Assembly (NCBI GenBank): GCA_016199245.1 | Contig: JACQHC010000046.1 | Span: forward strand, 1-58,926 | Length of the DNA stretch: 58,926 nucleotides | Source: Gemmatimonadota bacterium | Lineage (GTDB): Bacteria; Gemmatimonadota; Gemmatimonadetes; Gemmatimonadales; GWC2-71-9 | Reading direction: 5' to 3' | Made by a program: the position numbers and the translations under genes | Notes under the pieces: model-generated | The model's database searches: none | The model's input: the letters and a program-made list of their open reading frames with translations, nothing else | What the model was told of the DNA's origin: nothing | Shown: in pieces, positions 37,349 to 46,462 of the stretch | How the letters are laid out: every line of letters starts with the position of its first letter | Position numbering within the stretch: the stretch's first letter is position 1

Positions 37349-40300
37349 ATGTTCCGCATTCCCGCTTCTCTCGCATTTCTGAGTCTGGCCATTGCCATGG
37401 CTCCCGCGGCCGCGCAGCAGCGCGGGCGTGCGCAGCCTCAGGCACAGGCCCAACCGCAGCTCAGCCCAGACCTGTACCGCACGCTGCGGTATCGACACAT
37501 CGGGCCGGTGGGCAACCGCATCACGTCGGCGCACGGCATCCCCGGCGATCCCAACACCTATTACGTCGGAGCCGCGTCGGGCGGTGTCTGGAAGACGACC
37601 GACGCCGGTCTCAACTGGGAGCCGGTGTTCGATGGCCAGCCGGCGCAGTCGATCGGGCATCTCACCCTGGCCCCGTCCAATCCCAACGTCGTCTGGGTGG
37701 GCACCGGCGAGGCGCACGTCCGCAGCCACATCTCCATCGGCAACGGGATCTATCGGTCACTCGATGGTGGCAAGACGTGGTCCCACATGGGGCTCGACAA
37801 CACGGGCCGGATCGCGCGCGTCGTCGTCCACCCTCAGAACCCCGACATCGTATTCGCCTGCTCGCAGGGGCACAGCTACGGACCTCAGCCAGAGCGTGGG
37901 GTTTACAAGACCATCGACGCGGGGCGCACGTGGAGTTTGGTGCTCCACGTGGATCAGAACACCGGCTGCTCGGACCTGGCGATGGATCCCACGAACCCCA
38001 ACATCCTCATCGCAGGATTCTGGCAGATCGAGATTCACACGTGGGGACGCGAGTCGGGCGGGCCAGGATCGGGCATCTTCAAGTCTACCGACGGCGGGAT
38101 GACGTGGGCGCGGCTGCGCGGCAACGGCCTGCCGACGCGGGATCACGGCAAGGTCGCGGTCGCGATCGCGCGGAGCAATCCCAATCACGTCTACGCGCTG
38201 ATCGAGACGGGCGATGGCGTGCCGACGCACGGTCGGCCCACGGACTCGGGTGAGCTGTGGGCCTCGATGAACGGTGGTGATTCGTGGACGCTCATCACTC
38301 ACGATCGCCAGCTTGCCGGCCGCACGCAGTACTACTCGCGGGTCGTGGTCCAGCCCGATGATGAGAACGAAGTCCATTTCCTTGCCGGCTCGTATACGCG
38401 GAGCCTGGACGGCGGCCGCACGAGCGTGGATCTGGGCTTTGGTAGCTCACCCGGTGGCGACAATCACGACATCTGGATCGATCCGCTGAACCCCGCGCGA
38501 CAAATCGTGGGCAACGACGGCGGCGTGTCGATCTCGACGACGCGCGGCCGGTCGTGGTATCGCCTGCAGCTTCCGGTCGCGCAGATGTACCACGCGACCG
38601 CGGACACGCGGATTCCCTACTTCGTGTATGGCAACCGGCAGGACGGCCCGTCGTTCCGCGTGCCGAGCAACAGTCGCACCGGCGGCTTTGGCGGCGGCGG
38701 AGGGGGCGGCACCATCCCCCGCTCCGAATGGTTCTCGGTGGCGGGTGGCGAAAGCGGTTGGGCGACGCCCGATCCCGAGGATCCCGACATCATCTGGTCC
38801 AGCGCTTCTGGCTCGGGGTCAGTGGGCGGTATCGTGACCCGCATGGATCTCAAGACTCGGCAGGCGCACCACGTCGAGGTGTGGCCGCTGTCCACGGTGG
38901 GCTGGCCCGCGGCGGAGCTCAAGTATCGGTTCGTGTGGACGGCCCCGCTCACCATCTCACCCCACGATCGCAACAGGTTGTACTTCGGAAGCCAGCACGT
39001 GCACGTCACGACCGACGGCGGGAAGAGCTGGCGCGAGATTAGCCCGGACCTCACGCTCAACGACAAGAGCAAACAACAGATCTCGGGTGGCCTCACCCCG
39101 GACAACATCGGCGTGGAGTACGCCGGCGTCGTCTTCGCCGTTGCCGAATCGCGGCTCAAGCCGGGCCTGTTGTGGGCCGGGACCAACGACGGCCTGGTGC
39201 ATGTGAGCCAGAACGGTGGCAGCAACTGGACCAACGTGACGGCGAACATCCCCGGGCTCCCTGCCTGGGGGACCATCAGCAACATCGAGCCGTCACGCTA
39301 CGACACCGGCACGACGTACATCGCTGTGGACTTCCATCAGGTGAACGGGCGCGATCCGCATCTGTACAAGACTACGGACTACGGCCGTACGTGGCGCATG
39401 ATCACGAACGGGATCCCCAAGAGCCCCATGAGCTACACGCACGTGATTCGCGAGGACCCCGTGCGCCGTGGGCTGCTGTATGCGGGGACGGAGAACGCAC
39501 TGTATGTCTCGTTCAACGACGGTGAGCTGTGGCAGCCGCTCCAGACCAACCTGCCCCACGCTCCGGTGTACTGGCTCACGATTCAAGAGCATTTCAACGA
39601 TTTGGTGGTATCGACCTACGGTCGCGGGTTCTGGATTCTGGACGATCTGGCCCCGCTCCAACAGTTGACGCCGGAGGTGATGGCGTCGAACGCGCATCTG
39701 TTCGCGCCGCGCGCGGCGTATCGGTTCCGCAACATTCCGGGGCAGGCGTCCACCTCGAACGACCCTACGGTCGGCGAGAATCCCGAATACGGGGCATCGA
39801 TCAACTACTGGCTGAAGGACGCGCCGGCCGGTGACGTCACCGTCAGCATCCAGCAGCCGGAGGGTCAGACCATCCGCACGCTGCGCGGTTCGAAGAACGC
39901 CGGCGTGAACCGGGTGTACTGGGACCTGCGAAACGAAACGACCACCGAGGCGCGAATGCGGGTCAGGCCGCTCTACGCCGACTGGGTCGACGTGCCCGCG
40001 GACGGTCGCCCGGCTCCGGGCGCTGGTCGCCTCTCGGTGCTCATGCCGCCGGGGAGGTACACCGTCAGGCTCGCGGTCGGCGGTCAGGAGTTCACGCAAC
40101 CGCTGGAAGTGCGCAAGGACCCCAACTCCAGCGGGAGCGAGGTGGAGATCCGGACCCAGGTCGCCCGGCTGCAGGATCTCCAGACCGACATGAACGCGGC
40201 GGTGGACATGTACAATCAGGCCGAGCTGATCCGTGCACAGCTTCAGAGCCTGAGCCGGACGCTGGGGGCCGACGGTGGCGCCAGAGACGTGCGTGCAGCG

Positions 40301-40624
40301 GCGGATTCCCTGGAGCGGAAGGCGATCGCGTTCGAGGAGAACCTGCACCAGCTGCGCGCGACGGGCCGAGGGCAGGACAACATCCGCTGGCCGACCATGC
40401 TGCTGGGACGGATTGGATACCTGACCAATGGCATCGCGTCGTCCGACTTCGCGCCGACGACTCAGCAGGTTCAGGTACACGACCTGCTCAAGGAGCAGAT
40501 CCGGACCTCCCGGGCGCAGCTCGATCAGCTGCTGAACCGGGACGTCGCCGCGTTCAACCAGATGTTGCGACAGCGGAACATCGCGGGTGTGATTGCGCCG
40601 GTGCGGGAGGCGGGAGTGCCGTAG
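37349..40624 (+). CDS. Exported Asp-box/BNR-repeat (sortilin/VPS10-like) protein
   Basis: A signal peptide plus many Asp boxes: SLDGGKTWSH, TIDAGRTWSL, STDGGMTWAR, SMNGGDSWTL, TTDGGKSWRE, SQNGGSNWTN, TTDYGRTWRM. Confidence 0.8.
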   Translation: MFRIPASLAFLSLAIAMAPAAAQQRGRAQPQAQAQPQLSPDLYRTLRYRHIGPVGNRITSAHGIPGDPNTYYVGAASGGVWKTTDAGLNWEPVFDGQPAQSIGHLTLAPSNPNVVWVGTGEAHVRSHISIGNGIYRSLDGGKTWSHMGLDNTGRIARVVVHPQNPDIVFACSQGHSYGPQPERGVYKTIDAGRTWSLVLHVDQNTGCSDLAMDPTNPNILIAGFWQIEIHTWGRESGGPGSGIFKSTDGGMTWARLRGNGLPTRDHGKVAVAIARSNPNHVYALIETGDGVPTHGRPTDSGELWASMNGGDSWTLITHDRQLAGRTQYYSRVVVQPDDENEVHFLAGSYTRSLDGGRTSVDLGFGSSPGGDNHDIWIDPLNPARQIVGNDGGVSISTTRGRSWYRLQLPVAQMYHATADTRIPYFVYGNRQDGPSFRVPSNSRTGGFGGGGGGGTIPRSEWFSVAGGESGWATPDPEDPDIIWSSASGSGSVGGIVTRMDLKTRQAHHVEVWPLSTVGWPAAELKYRFVWTAPLTISPHDRNRLYFGSQHVHVTTDGGKSWREISPDLTLNDKSKQQISGGLTPDNIGVEYAGVVFAVAESRLKPGLLWAGTNDGLVHVSQNGGSNWTNVTANIPGLPAWGTISNIEPSRYDTGTTYIAVDFHQVNGRDPHLYKTTDYGRTWRMITNGIPKSPMSYTHVIREDPVRRGLLYAGTENALYVSFNDGELWQPLQTNLPHAPVYWLTIQEHFNDLVVSTYGRGFWILDDLAPLQQLTPEVMASNAHLFAPRAAYRFRNIPGQASTSNDPTVGENPEYGASINYWLKDAPAGDVTVSIQQPEGQTIRTLRGSKNAGVNRVYWDLRNETTTEARMRVRPLYADWVDVPADGRPAPGAGRLSVLMPPGRYTVRLAVGGQEFTQPLEVRKDPNSSGSEVEIRTQVARLQDLQTDMNAAVDMYNQAELIRAQLQSLSRTLGADGGARDVRAAADSLERKAIAFEENLHQLRATGRGQDNIRWPTMLLGRIGYLTNGIASSDFAPTTQQVQVHDLLKEQIRTSRAQLDQLLNRDVAAFNQMLRQRNIAGVIAPVREAGVP

Positions 40625-40667
40625 GCATCGAACATCGATTGTCACCTTTCCACTCCACGGAGGCTGT

Positions 40668-41168
40668 ATGGCAGGCGGTGTCAGGACGTGGCTCAGTTCG
40701 GCGGGTTTGGCTCTGGCGGTCATGGCATGTCAGGCGCCTGCTCCGGCGGGGCTCACCCAAGCGGACATGGACGCCATCCGGGCGGTGAGCGATAGCTTCC
40801 TCGTGCATTTCAAGGCCAAGAATTGGGACGCGCTCAGCGGGCTGTACACAGAGGACGCCGCCATTCTGCCGCCCAATGAGCCTGCGGTGCGGGGCCGTGC
40901 GGCGATCCGCGAGTGGATGGCGGCCTTCCCGGCGGCCGAGACCCTCGCGTTCAGCAACATGAGAATCGACGGCCGCGGCGATCTTGCGTATGTGCAAGCC
41001 GACTACGCGATGAAGCTGGAGGGAATGCCGGCGGACACCGGGAAATTCATCGAGATTCGCCAGCGGGATCCGGATGGCGTGTGGCGCTTGAAGTACGACA
41101 TGTTCAGCTCGAACGTGCCGGTGACCGTGCCGGAGCTGGTGGTGCAACAGCAGCCGGGGAGGCGATAA
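40668..41168 (+). CDS. SnoaL-like/DUF4440-domain lipoprotein
   Basis: GGAGG lies upstream of ATG 40668. Signal segment AGLALAVMACQ. Also NWDALSGLYTEDAAILPPNEPAVRGRAAIREW...FIEIRQRDPDGVWRLKYDMF. Confidence 0.7.
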   Translation: MAGGVRTWLSSAGLALAVMACQAPAPAGLTQADMDAIRAVSDSFLVHFKAKNWDALSGLYTEDAAILPPNEPAVRGRAAIREWMAAFPAAETLAFSNMRIDGRGDLAYVQADYAMKLEGMPADTGKFIEIRQRDPDGVWRLKYDMFSSNVPVTVPELVVQQQPGRR

Positions 41169-41171
41169 AGA

Positions 41172-41218
41172 CGATGCCAGATGTTCGATGCCCGATGTTC
41201 GAACATCGAGCATCGGAC
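41172..41218. repeat. 7-nt-periodic CGAT-rich palindromic element, copy C
   Basis: cgatgcc agatgtt cgatgcc cgatgtt cgaacat cgagcat cggaccc. It contains the perfect 14-bp palindrome GATGTTCGAACATC and lies between convergent gene ends. Confidence 0.7.
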
Positions 41219-41233
41219 CCCTAGCAGCGCCAC

Positions 41234-43510
41234 CTACCGCCCGTTGGCTGCTTTCGGCTCCGCTGGCGGCTTGAGATAGCGGTCGTACCACGCAAGGATC
41301 CGGGTGTGGAAGTCGCGCACCTCGGCCTCGGTCGTGGTGGGCATGCCGTGCCCGCCGTTGATGTAACTCACCCACTCCACTCGCTTGCCGAGCCTGCGAA
41401 GCGCGTAGAACATCTCGCTGGTAGTGCGCTCGGGCACGTTGTGGTCCTCGCGGCCCGTGAGCAGTAGGAGCGGCGTCTTGATCCGATCCGCAAACATCAC
41501 CGCCGAGTGCGTGACGTATTTCTGCGGCTGCTCCCACAGCGTGGCGCCGATCCGGTCCTGACTCTTCTCCGGCGCGTGGATGTTGCGCGTGCCCAGGCGC
41601 GGGGAGTCCGTGTAGAAACTGATCATGTCCGTCTTGCCCGAAATGTTGATCGCCGCGGCGAACCGGTCGGTCTGCGTCACGAGCAGGTTGGTGGCGTAGC
41701 CGCCGTAGCTCGTGCCGTGGACGCCGAGTCGCTTGGGGTCGGCGATGCCCATGTCGATGAGCTTGTTGGCGGCCGCGGTCACTCCCTTCACCCAGGCCTC
41801 GCCCGGGAAGCCGCGCTCGAGATCCACCGAAGGCTGGACCACGGCGTAGCCGTTCGACGTGAGAAAGCTGATGGTCGCGTTGAACCGGTCATCGAAGAAG
41901 TCCTCGTACACGATGAAGATCGTCGGGACTCTCGTGCCGGGCTGATAGCCGAGTGGGTAATACACCACACCGTACATCTCATCTCCGTCGGCGTCGAGGT
42001 ACTTGAGCAGTTCGGTGCGGCCGGTTCTTGCGGCGACCCCCGGGTTCGCGTCGGTGAGCCGGCGAACGTCGCGCAGGTCGCGGTCGGCCACGTACACGTC
42101 GCCGGGTCGGTTTCCCTCGGCGATGGTGAGGACGAGGCTGGAGCCGTCGGCCGCCAGCCGGAGACTTGAGTACAGGCGCCCATCCTTCACCACGTCGCGC
42201 AGCTCGTTGGTGCGGCGGTCGTAGCGGACAATCCCGCGCTGCCACTGGGTGCGGGAGGCGTACGTCAGGTAGATGTCGTTGCCGTCGCGGCTCCAGGCGG
42301 CTACCTCGTAGCGGGGCAGCGTGCGATCGCTGTCGTTCTGCGGCGCGGCGAGAAACAGGCGTCGCTGGGCGGAGGCGGTCTCGATCAACCAGAAACCTTC
42401 CTTGTTCGTGGCCACCAGCCACTCGCCGGTTTCGTTCAGCCGCACGGGCGTGAACCGTTCCTTCTCGCGCGCGTCGCGTGCGGCGTTCCGAGCCGCGCTG
42501 TCGGCCGGCTCTTCGCCGGGCTTCGGGGTGTCCTCGCCGGTGAGCTTCTGTGGCTCGCCGCCGTCCACGGTGCCGAAGTAGGTCTTGCCCTCCTTGGCGT
42601 ACACGTACGCCCGCCCGTTTCCCGACCACCGGAGGGTCAGGCCCTTTGAGCTCGCAATCAGGGTCCTGGCTTCTCCGCCGGCGACCGGGCGCGCGAGCAC
42701 GCGGTGCTCCCGGCCGAAGATCTCGGCGTAGTCCGTCTTCTTGGTGATGTCTTCCTCGTAGCGGAGCAGCGCGCCATCGGCGGTGAGCGCCACGTCGCCT
42801 AACGCCGTCTCGGCCAGCAGTTCGTCGATCCGGCCCGTGGCGGGGTCATACACCGCCGGTATGGCTCGCGCCGCGCGCCGGCGGATGTCCTCCCACGAGA
42901 GGAACGGATCCTCGCTCGATTGCACCACGATCGGTCCTTCGATCTCGCGCAGGAATCGCGTGCGAGCCTCCACCGCCCACTCGCTGGTGCGCATCCCGAA
43001 CAACAACCTGGAACCATCCGCGGACCACTGAAGCGAGCTGTTATCCGCCAGCATCCTGCCCTGGGGCAGCGCGACGGTCCGGAGCCGTGCGCGGTCCAGC
43101 TCCCAGATCGTCAGCCGGAACGCCTCTCCTTCCCGGAGCTGGAAGGCGAGGCGTGTCCCATCCGGCGACCAGGCGAAAGCACGCGCCTGCCGCTTGTCGG
43201 GGAACAGGGGCCGTCGCTCGCCCGTGCGCGTATCGATCACGACGAGCTCAGCGGAGGATGGAGCGACATACGTGGGATCGCCGAACCTGCTGTTGTCCGT
43301 GCCGAGCCGATCCCGCAGGGCGGCGGTGGCGACAACGATCCAGCGACCGTCCGCACTGACGTCCCCGACCGTCACGTTCCTCACGCTGAGGACGTCATCG
43401 AGCGTGAATCCCGCCGCGGTGGTGGACTGTGCCGGGAGCCGGGCACCGGCAAAGACGCAGAGGCAGGCGAGCGTGAGGCCGGCGGATCGAACCGTGGTGA
43501 CCATGCGCAT
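41234..43510 (-). CDS. S9-family serine peptidase (beta-propeller plus alpha/beta hydrolase)
   Basis: Nucleophile elbow LGVHGTSYGGYATN, with C-terminal REDHNVP and GHGM segments. A signal peptide is present. Confidence 0.85.
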   Translation of the reverse strand: MRMVTTVRSAGLTLACLCVFAGARLPAQSTTAAGFTLDDVLSVRNVTVGDVSADGRWIVVATAALRDRLGTDNSRFGDPTYVAPSSAELVVIDTRTGERRPLFPDKRQARAFAWSPDGTRLAFQLREGEAFRLTIWELDRARLRTVALPQGRMLADNSSLQWSADGSRLLFGMRTSEWAVEARTRFLREIEGPIVVQSSEDPFLSWEDIRRRAARAIPAVYDPATGRIDELLAETALGDVALTADGALLRYEEDITKKTDYAEIFGREHRVLARPVAGGEARTLIASSKGLTLRWSGNGRAYVYAKEGKTYFGTVDGGEPQKLTGEDTPKPGEEPADSAARNAARDAREKERFTPVRLNETGEWLVATNKEGFWLIETASAQRRLFLAAPQNDSDRTLPRYEVAAWSRDGNDIYLTYASRTQWQRGIVRYDRRTNELRDVVKDGRLYSSLRLAADGSSLVLTIAEGNRPGDVYVADRDLRDVRRLTDANPGVAARTGRTELLKYLDADGDEMYGVVYYPLGYQPGTRVPTIFIVYEDFFDDRFNATISFLTSNGYAVVQPSVDLERGFPGEAWVKGVTAAANKLIDMGIADPKRLGVHGTSYGGYATNLLVTQTDRFAAAINISGKTDMISFYTDSPRLGTRNIHAPEKSQDRIGATLWEQPQKYVTHSAVMFADRIKTPLLLLTGREDHNVPERTTSEMFYALRRLGKRVEWVSYINGGHGMPTTTEAEVRDFHTRILAWYDRYLKPPAEPKAANGR

Positions 43511-43511
43511 G

Positions 43512-45575
43512 TCAGCGTCCCTCCGAGGCGGCCGGTCCCGGCCGTTTCACGTGCTTGTCGTACCACGCGAGATACCGTTCCAGCCGGTCCTTCTGATAGG
43601 ACGGCGTGCGGATGCTGTGTGACTGACCGGGATAGACCACGAGTTGGGTTTCCCGTCCCAGGCGTTTCATCGCCTGGTAGAGCTGCTCCGAGTTGAGAAT
43701 CGGGACGTTCCAATCTTTCTCTCCGCCCATGATGAGCGTGGGCGTCACGATCTTCGTCACGGCGTTGAACGGTGAAAGCCGTTCCCAGGTTTGGCGCTGC
43801 TCCCAGGGAAGACCCAGCTCTTTCTCCCACTGGAGCTGATAGTGGTCGTGCCCATAGTTGGCGGCGTAGAGCACCTCGCTTGCACCGGTCACCGCGCCTT
43901 TGAACCGGTCCGTCTTGGTGAGGACGTAGTTCGTGAGAATGCCGCCGTAGGACCACCCGCCCACGCCAAGTCGCTCGGGGTCGGCGTAGCCTTGCGCGAT
44001 GGCGTAGTCCACCGCAGCCATCACATCGTCGAAGTCCTTGTTGCCCCAGTCCGCCCATATGGCGTGGGAGAACGCCTGCCCGTATCCCGACGAGCCTCGG
44101 GGGTTTGCGGTGACGACGACGTATCCGTTCGCCGCGAACAGCTGTGCCTCGAAGTTGAACGCGTGGGAGAACTGGGATACCGGGCCGCCGTGAATCCGGA
44201 GTAACGTCGGATACCGTAGCCCTGCCTGGTACCCGGGCGGCAGGTACAGGAACGCCTCGACCTCGGTGACGTCCTTGCTCTTGAACTGGACGTTCTTGAC
44301 GTCCGCGAGTCGGAGGGCGGACAGCGCGTCCGTGTTCACGGTCGTGAGTTGTCGTAAGCCTCCCGGTTCGACCACGAAGACCTCCCCTGGGAGATCCAGC
44401 CGCGCCGTCAGGGCCACGATCTGGCCGCCGGTACCTTGCGCGAAAGCGCGCACGGCGACGAATCCCGCGACGGGGCGTGTGATTCGGCCGCTCGCGACGT
44501 CGATCCGGGCCAGGTGATCCTCCGCGCTGTCCTCGAGGCGAAACATGAGCGCTCGGCCGTCCGGCGTGAACGCGGGGCTGCTCACGTTGCGGTCGAGCGC
44601 GCGCGTGAGAAGCCGCGGATCTCCACCGCTCGCCGGGATGACGGCGAGATGCGCGGTGGCGTACCAGATCAGGTCCGGCTGCACGTCGGTCACGTAGGCG
44701 ATCTGTTTTCCGTCCGGGCTGAAGGCCGGTGCGTCGTCGGTTCCGGGGTTGGTTGTCACCTGCCTGAGCGTTTGTCCCCTGTCCGTGTTGTCGGCGGCCA
44801 CGATCCAGATGTCGCTGTTGGCGTTCGCGTCCGGATCGGCGGTGCGGTTGCTCACGAACGCGACGAGCTTGCCGTCCGGGCTCCACACGGCGGCCGATTC
44901 GTCGTACTCGCCCGACGTGATCTGGGTCAGCGCTTTGGCCTTTACGTCCAGCACGTAGAGATGGGTGTGCCGGTTCCCGGTGAGGTATCCCGTGCCGTCT
45001 CGCTTGAACTGGAGGCGATCGATGACCCACGGCTTCTCGGTCTTGGGCTTCGGTTTGGTCGAATCCTCTTTCTCCTCGGGGTCGCGGATCGTGAGCAGGA
45101 GTCGGGAGCCGTCGGGTGACCAATCGTAGGTCGAGACCCCTTGGTCGAGTTCGGTCAGCGGCTGGGCCTCTCCGCCCTGCCGGTTGAGCGCCCACACCTG
45201 CGTCTTGGCGTTGTCCCCCTTCGCCGCCAGGAACGTGAGATACTTCCCGTCAGGACTGAAGCGCGGCCTGCTCGCGGAGTAGCCGGTCGCGGTCATCGGC
45301 ATCGCTTCGCCGCCCGCGGTTGGGATCATCCAAATTCTGGTCTCGGTCTTCTCGTCCTTGAGGCTCGTCGTGGTCACGGTGTACGCGACCCACTGGGCAT
45401 CCGGGCTCAGACGAGGGTCTCCCACCGAGCGGATCGCGAACAGGTCGTCGATCCCGATCGTGCGGGGGTTCTGCGCGGCCACGATTGCAGGCGTCAGCAA
45501 GGCAACGAATACCAGGAGCGAGCGAGCCGTTCTCATATGCGCGGGCGATGGGACGGTCATGTGCTTCACTCTCAC
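43512..45575 (-). CDS. S9-family serine peptidase (second, tandem paralogue)
   Basis: GVGGWSYGGILTN, GGEKDWNVP, YPGQSHS. The likely true start is ATG 45536 (MRTARSLLVFVALLTPAIVAAQ signal peptide). The 604-aa same-strand ORF 43381..45195 is an off-frame shadow. Confidence 0.85.
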   Translation of the reverse strand: MRVKHMTVPSPAHMRTARSLLVFVALLTPAIVAAQNPRTIGIDDLFAIRSVGDPRLSPDAQWVAYTVTTTSLKDEKTETRIWMIPTAGGEAMPMTATGYSASRPRFSPDGKYLTFLAAKGDNAKTQVWALNRQGGEAQPLTELDQGVSTYDWSPDGSRLLLTIRDPEEKEDSTKPKPKTEKPWVIDRLQFKRDGTGYLTGNRHTHLYVLDVKAKALTQITSGEYDESAAVWSPDGKLVAFVSNRTADPDANANSDIWIVAADNTDRGQTLRQVTTNPGTDDAPAFSPDGKQIAYVTDVQPDLIWYATAHLAVIPASGGDPRLLTRALDRNVSSPAFTPDGRALMFRLEDSAEDHLARIDVASGRITRPVAGFVAVRAFAQGTGGQIVALTARLDLPGEVFVVEPGGLRQLTTVNTDALSALRLADVKNVQFKSKDVTEVEAFLYLPPGYQAGLRYPTLLRIHGGPVSQFSHAFNFEAQLFAANGYVVVTANPRGSSGYGQAFSHAIWADWGNKDFDDVMAAVDYAIAQGYADPERLGVGGWSYGGILTNYVLTKTDRFKGAVTGASEVLYAANYGHDHYQLQWEKELGLPWEQRQTWERLSPFNAVTKIVTPTLIMGGEKDWNVPILNSEQLYQAMKRLGRETQLVVYPGQSHSIRTPSYQKDRLERYLAWYDKHVKRPGPAASEGR

Positions 45576-45611
45576 AGCGGGATGACCCGGGGAATCTACG
45601 ACACGTCAAGG

Positions 45612-45645
45612 CACAGGGGTAAGAAGGCGGACGGGGCGCCCTTTC
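45612..45645. repeat. Purine/G-tract-rich intergenic element
   Basis: gcacaggggtaagaaggcggacggggcgccc. Compare cgtaaggggtaagaggtgaggggccc at 50616-50640. Confidence 0.45.
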
Positions 45646-45762
45646 GGTTTGCGCCGCGCGAAGGCTCTGCGTTTTGAAACCGCGCCCGGCGGTTCGCCCG
45701 GTTCTGGCGTTTTCCTGCTTCGGTTCTATCCTTGCGGGCTGCGAGGGGAGCTGGAGCGGATG

Positions 45763-46386
45763 TCAGGGATCGTGCTGCTGGGGCGGGCGTAGTCGATCGG
45801 TTGCGCCCGGCTGCACCGGCGCGTCGCTGTGCGGCGTGGGTCGTCCGTAACGCAATGTGAGCATCGTCGGCTCGCCGGACGGCGGCACGGTGACGACATA
45901 GATGTGGTCGTACTGTTCCTCGATGATTTCCTCGGCGGGGGAAACGCCGAGCGCCTCGATCAATGCAGGCACGGTGTTCCGGTGGCTCACCACCAGCACG
46001 GTCTCTCCCGTGTGGTCGGTGCGAATGAGGTCGAGCATGTCGCTGACGTAGGTCTCCGTGGCCGTGATGTGGTGCACGGTGACCTTCAGCTCGTTCGCCA
46101 GCGGCTGCGCCGTCTGCTGTGTGCGTTTGAACTGGGTCGTATAGATCGCGGCGATCTTCGTGTGCTGCAACACGCGCGCCAATTCGCGGGCCCGCGCTTT
46201 GCCGGTGCCGCTCAGGGGATGGTCACCCAGGGGGACGGACTTCTCGGCGTGGCGCACGAGAATCACGGTTGTGGGGCGCAGCGGCTCCTGGCCGCCAAGC
46301 GAGCCCGAACCGAGTGTCAGACCGGACAGCATGCCAGCCGCAACCGTGATGCAGGGTCTTAGACGCATGACTACTCCCGACTTCAT
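45763..46386 (-). CDS. Histidine phosphatase family protein (SixA/PhoE-like), exported
   Basis: Catalytic RH motif VILVRHAEK, a later VLVVSHRNTVP segment, and a signal-like N-terminus. Confidence 0.7.
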   Translation of the reverse strand: MKSGVVMRLRPCITVAAGMLSGLTLGSGSLGGQEPLRPTTVILVRHAEKSVPLGDHPLSGTGKARARELARVLQHTKIAAIYTTQFKRTQQTAQPLANELKVTVHHITATETYVSDMLDLIRTDHTGETVLVVSHRNTVPALIEALGVSPAEEIIEEQYDHIYVVTVPPSGEPTMLTLRYGRPTPHSDAPVQPGATDRLRPPQQHDP

Positions 46387-46420
46387 CGCACTTGCTGAGA
46401 TTCGACGTTGGATTCACGAA

Positions 46421-46449
46421 GCCCCCTCTCCGCCGGGCGGAGAGGGGGC
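46421..46449 (-). terminator. GC-rich hairpin downstream of the TonB-dependent receptor gene
   Basis: GCCCCCTCTCCGCC / GGCGGAGAGGGGGC are near-perfect 14-nt arms, 14 nt past the stop at 46463. Only a weak T-tract (TTCGTGAAT) follows on the minus strand. Confidence 0.5.
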
Positions 46450-46462
46450 CCCGAAATGAAAC

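Noticed and set aside
43381-45195. 604-aa minus-strand ORF
   Set aside because: It is on the same strand as the S9 peptidase gene (43512..45575) but off-frame. It is R/G/P-rich with no motifs, while the peptidase frame carries GWSYGG and the catalytic segments.
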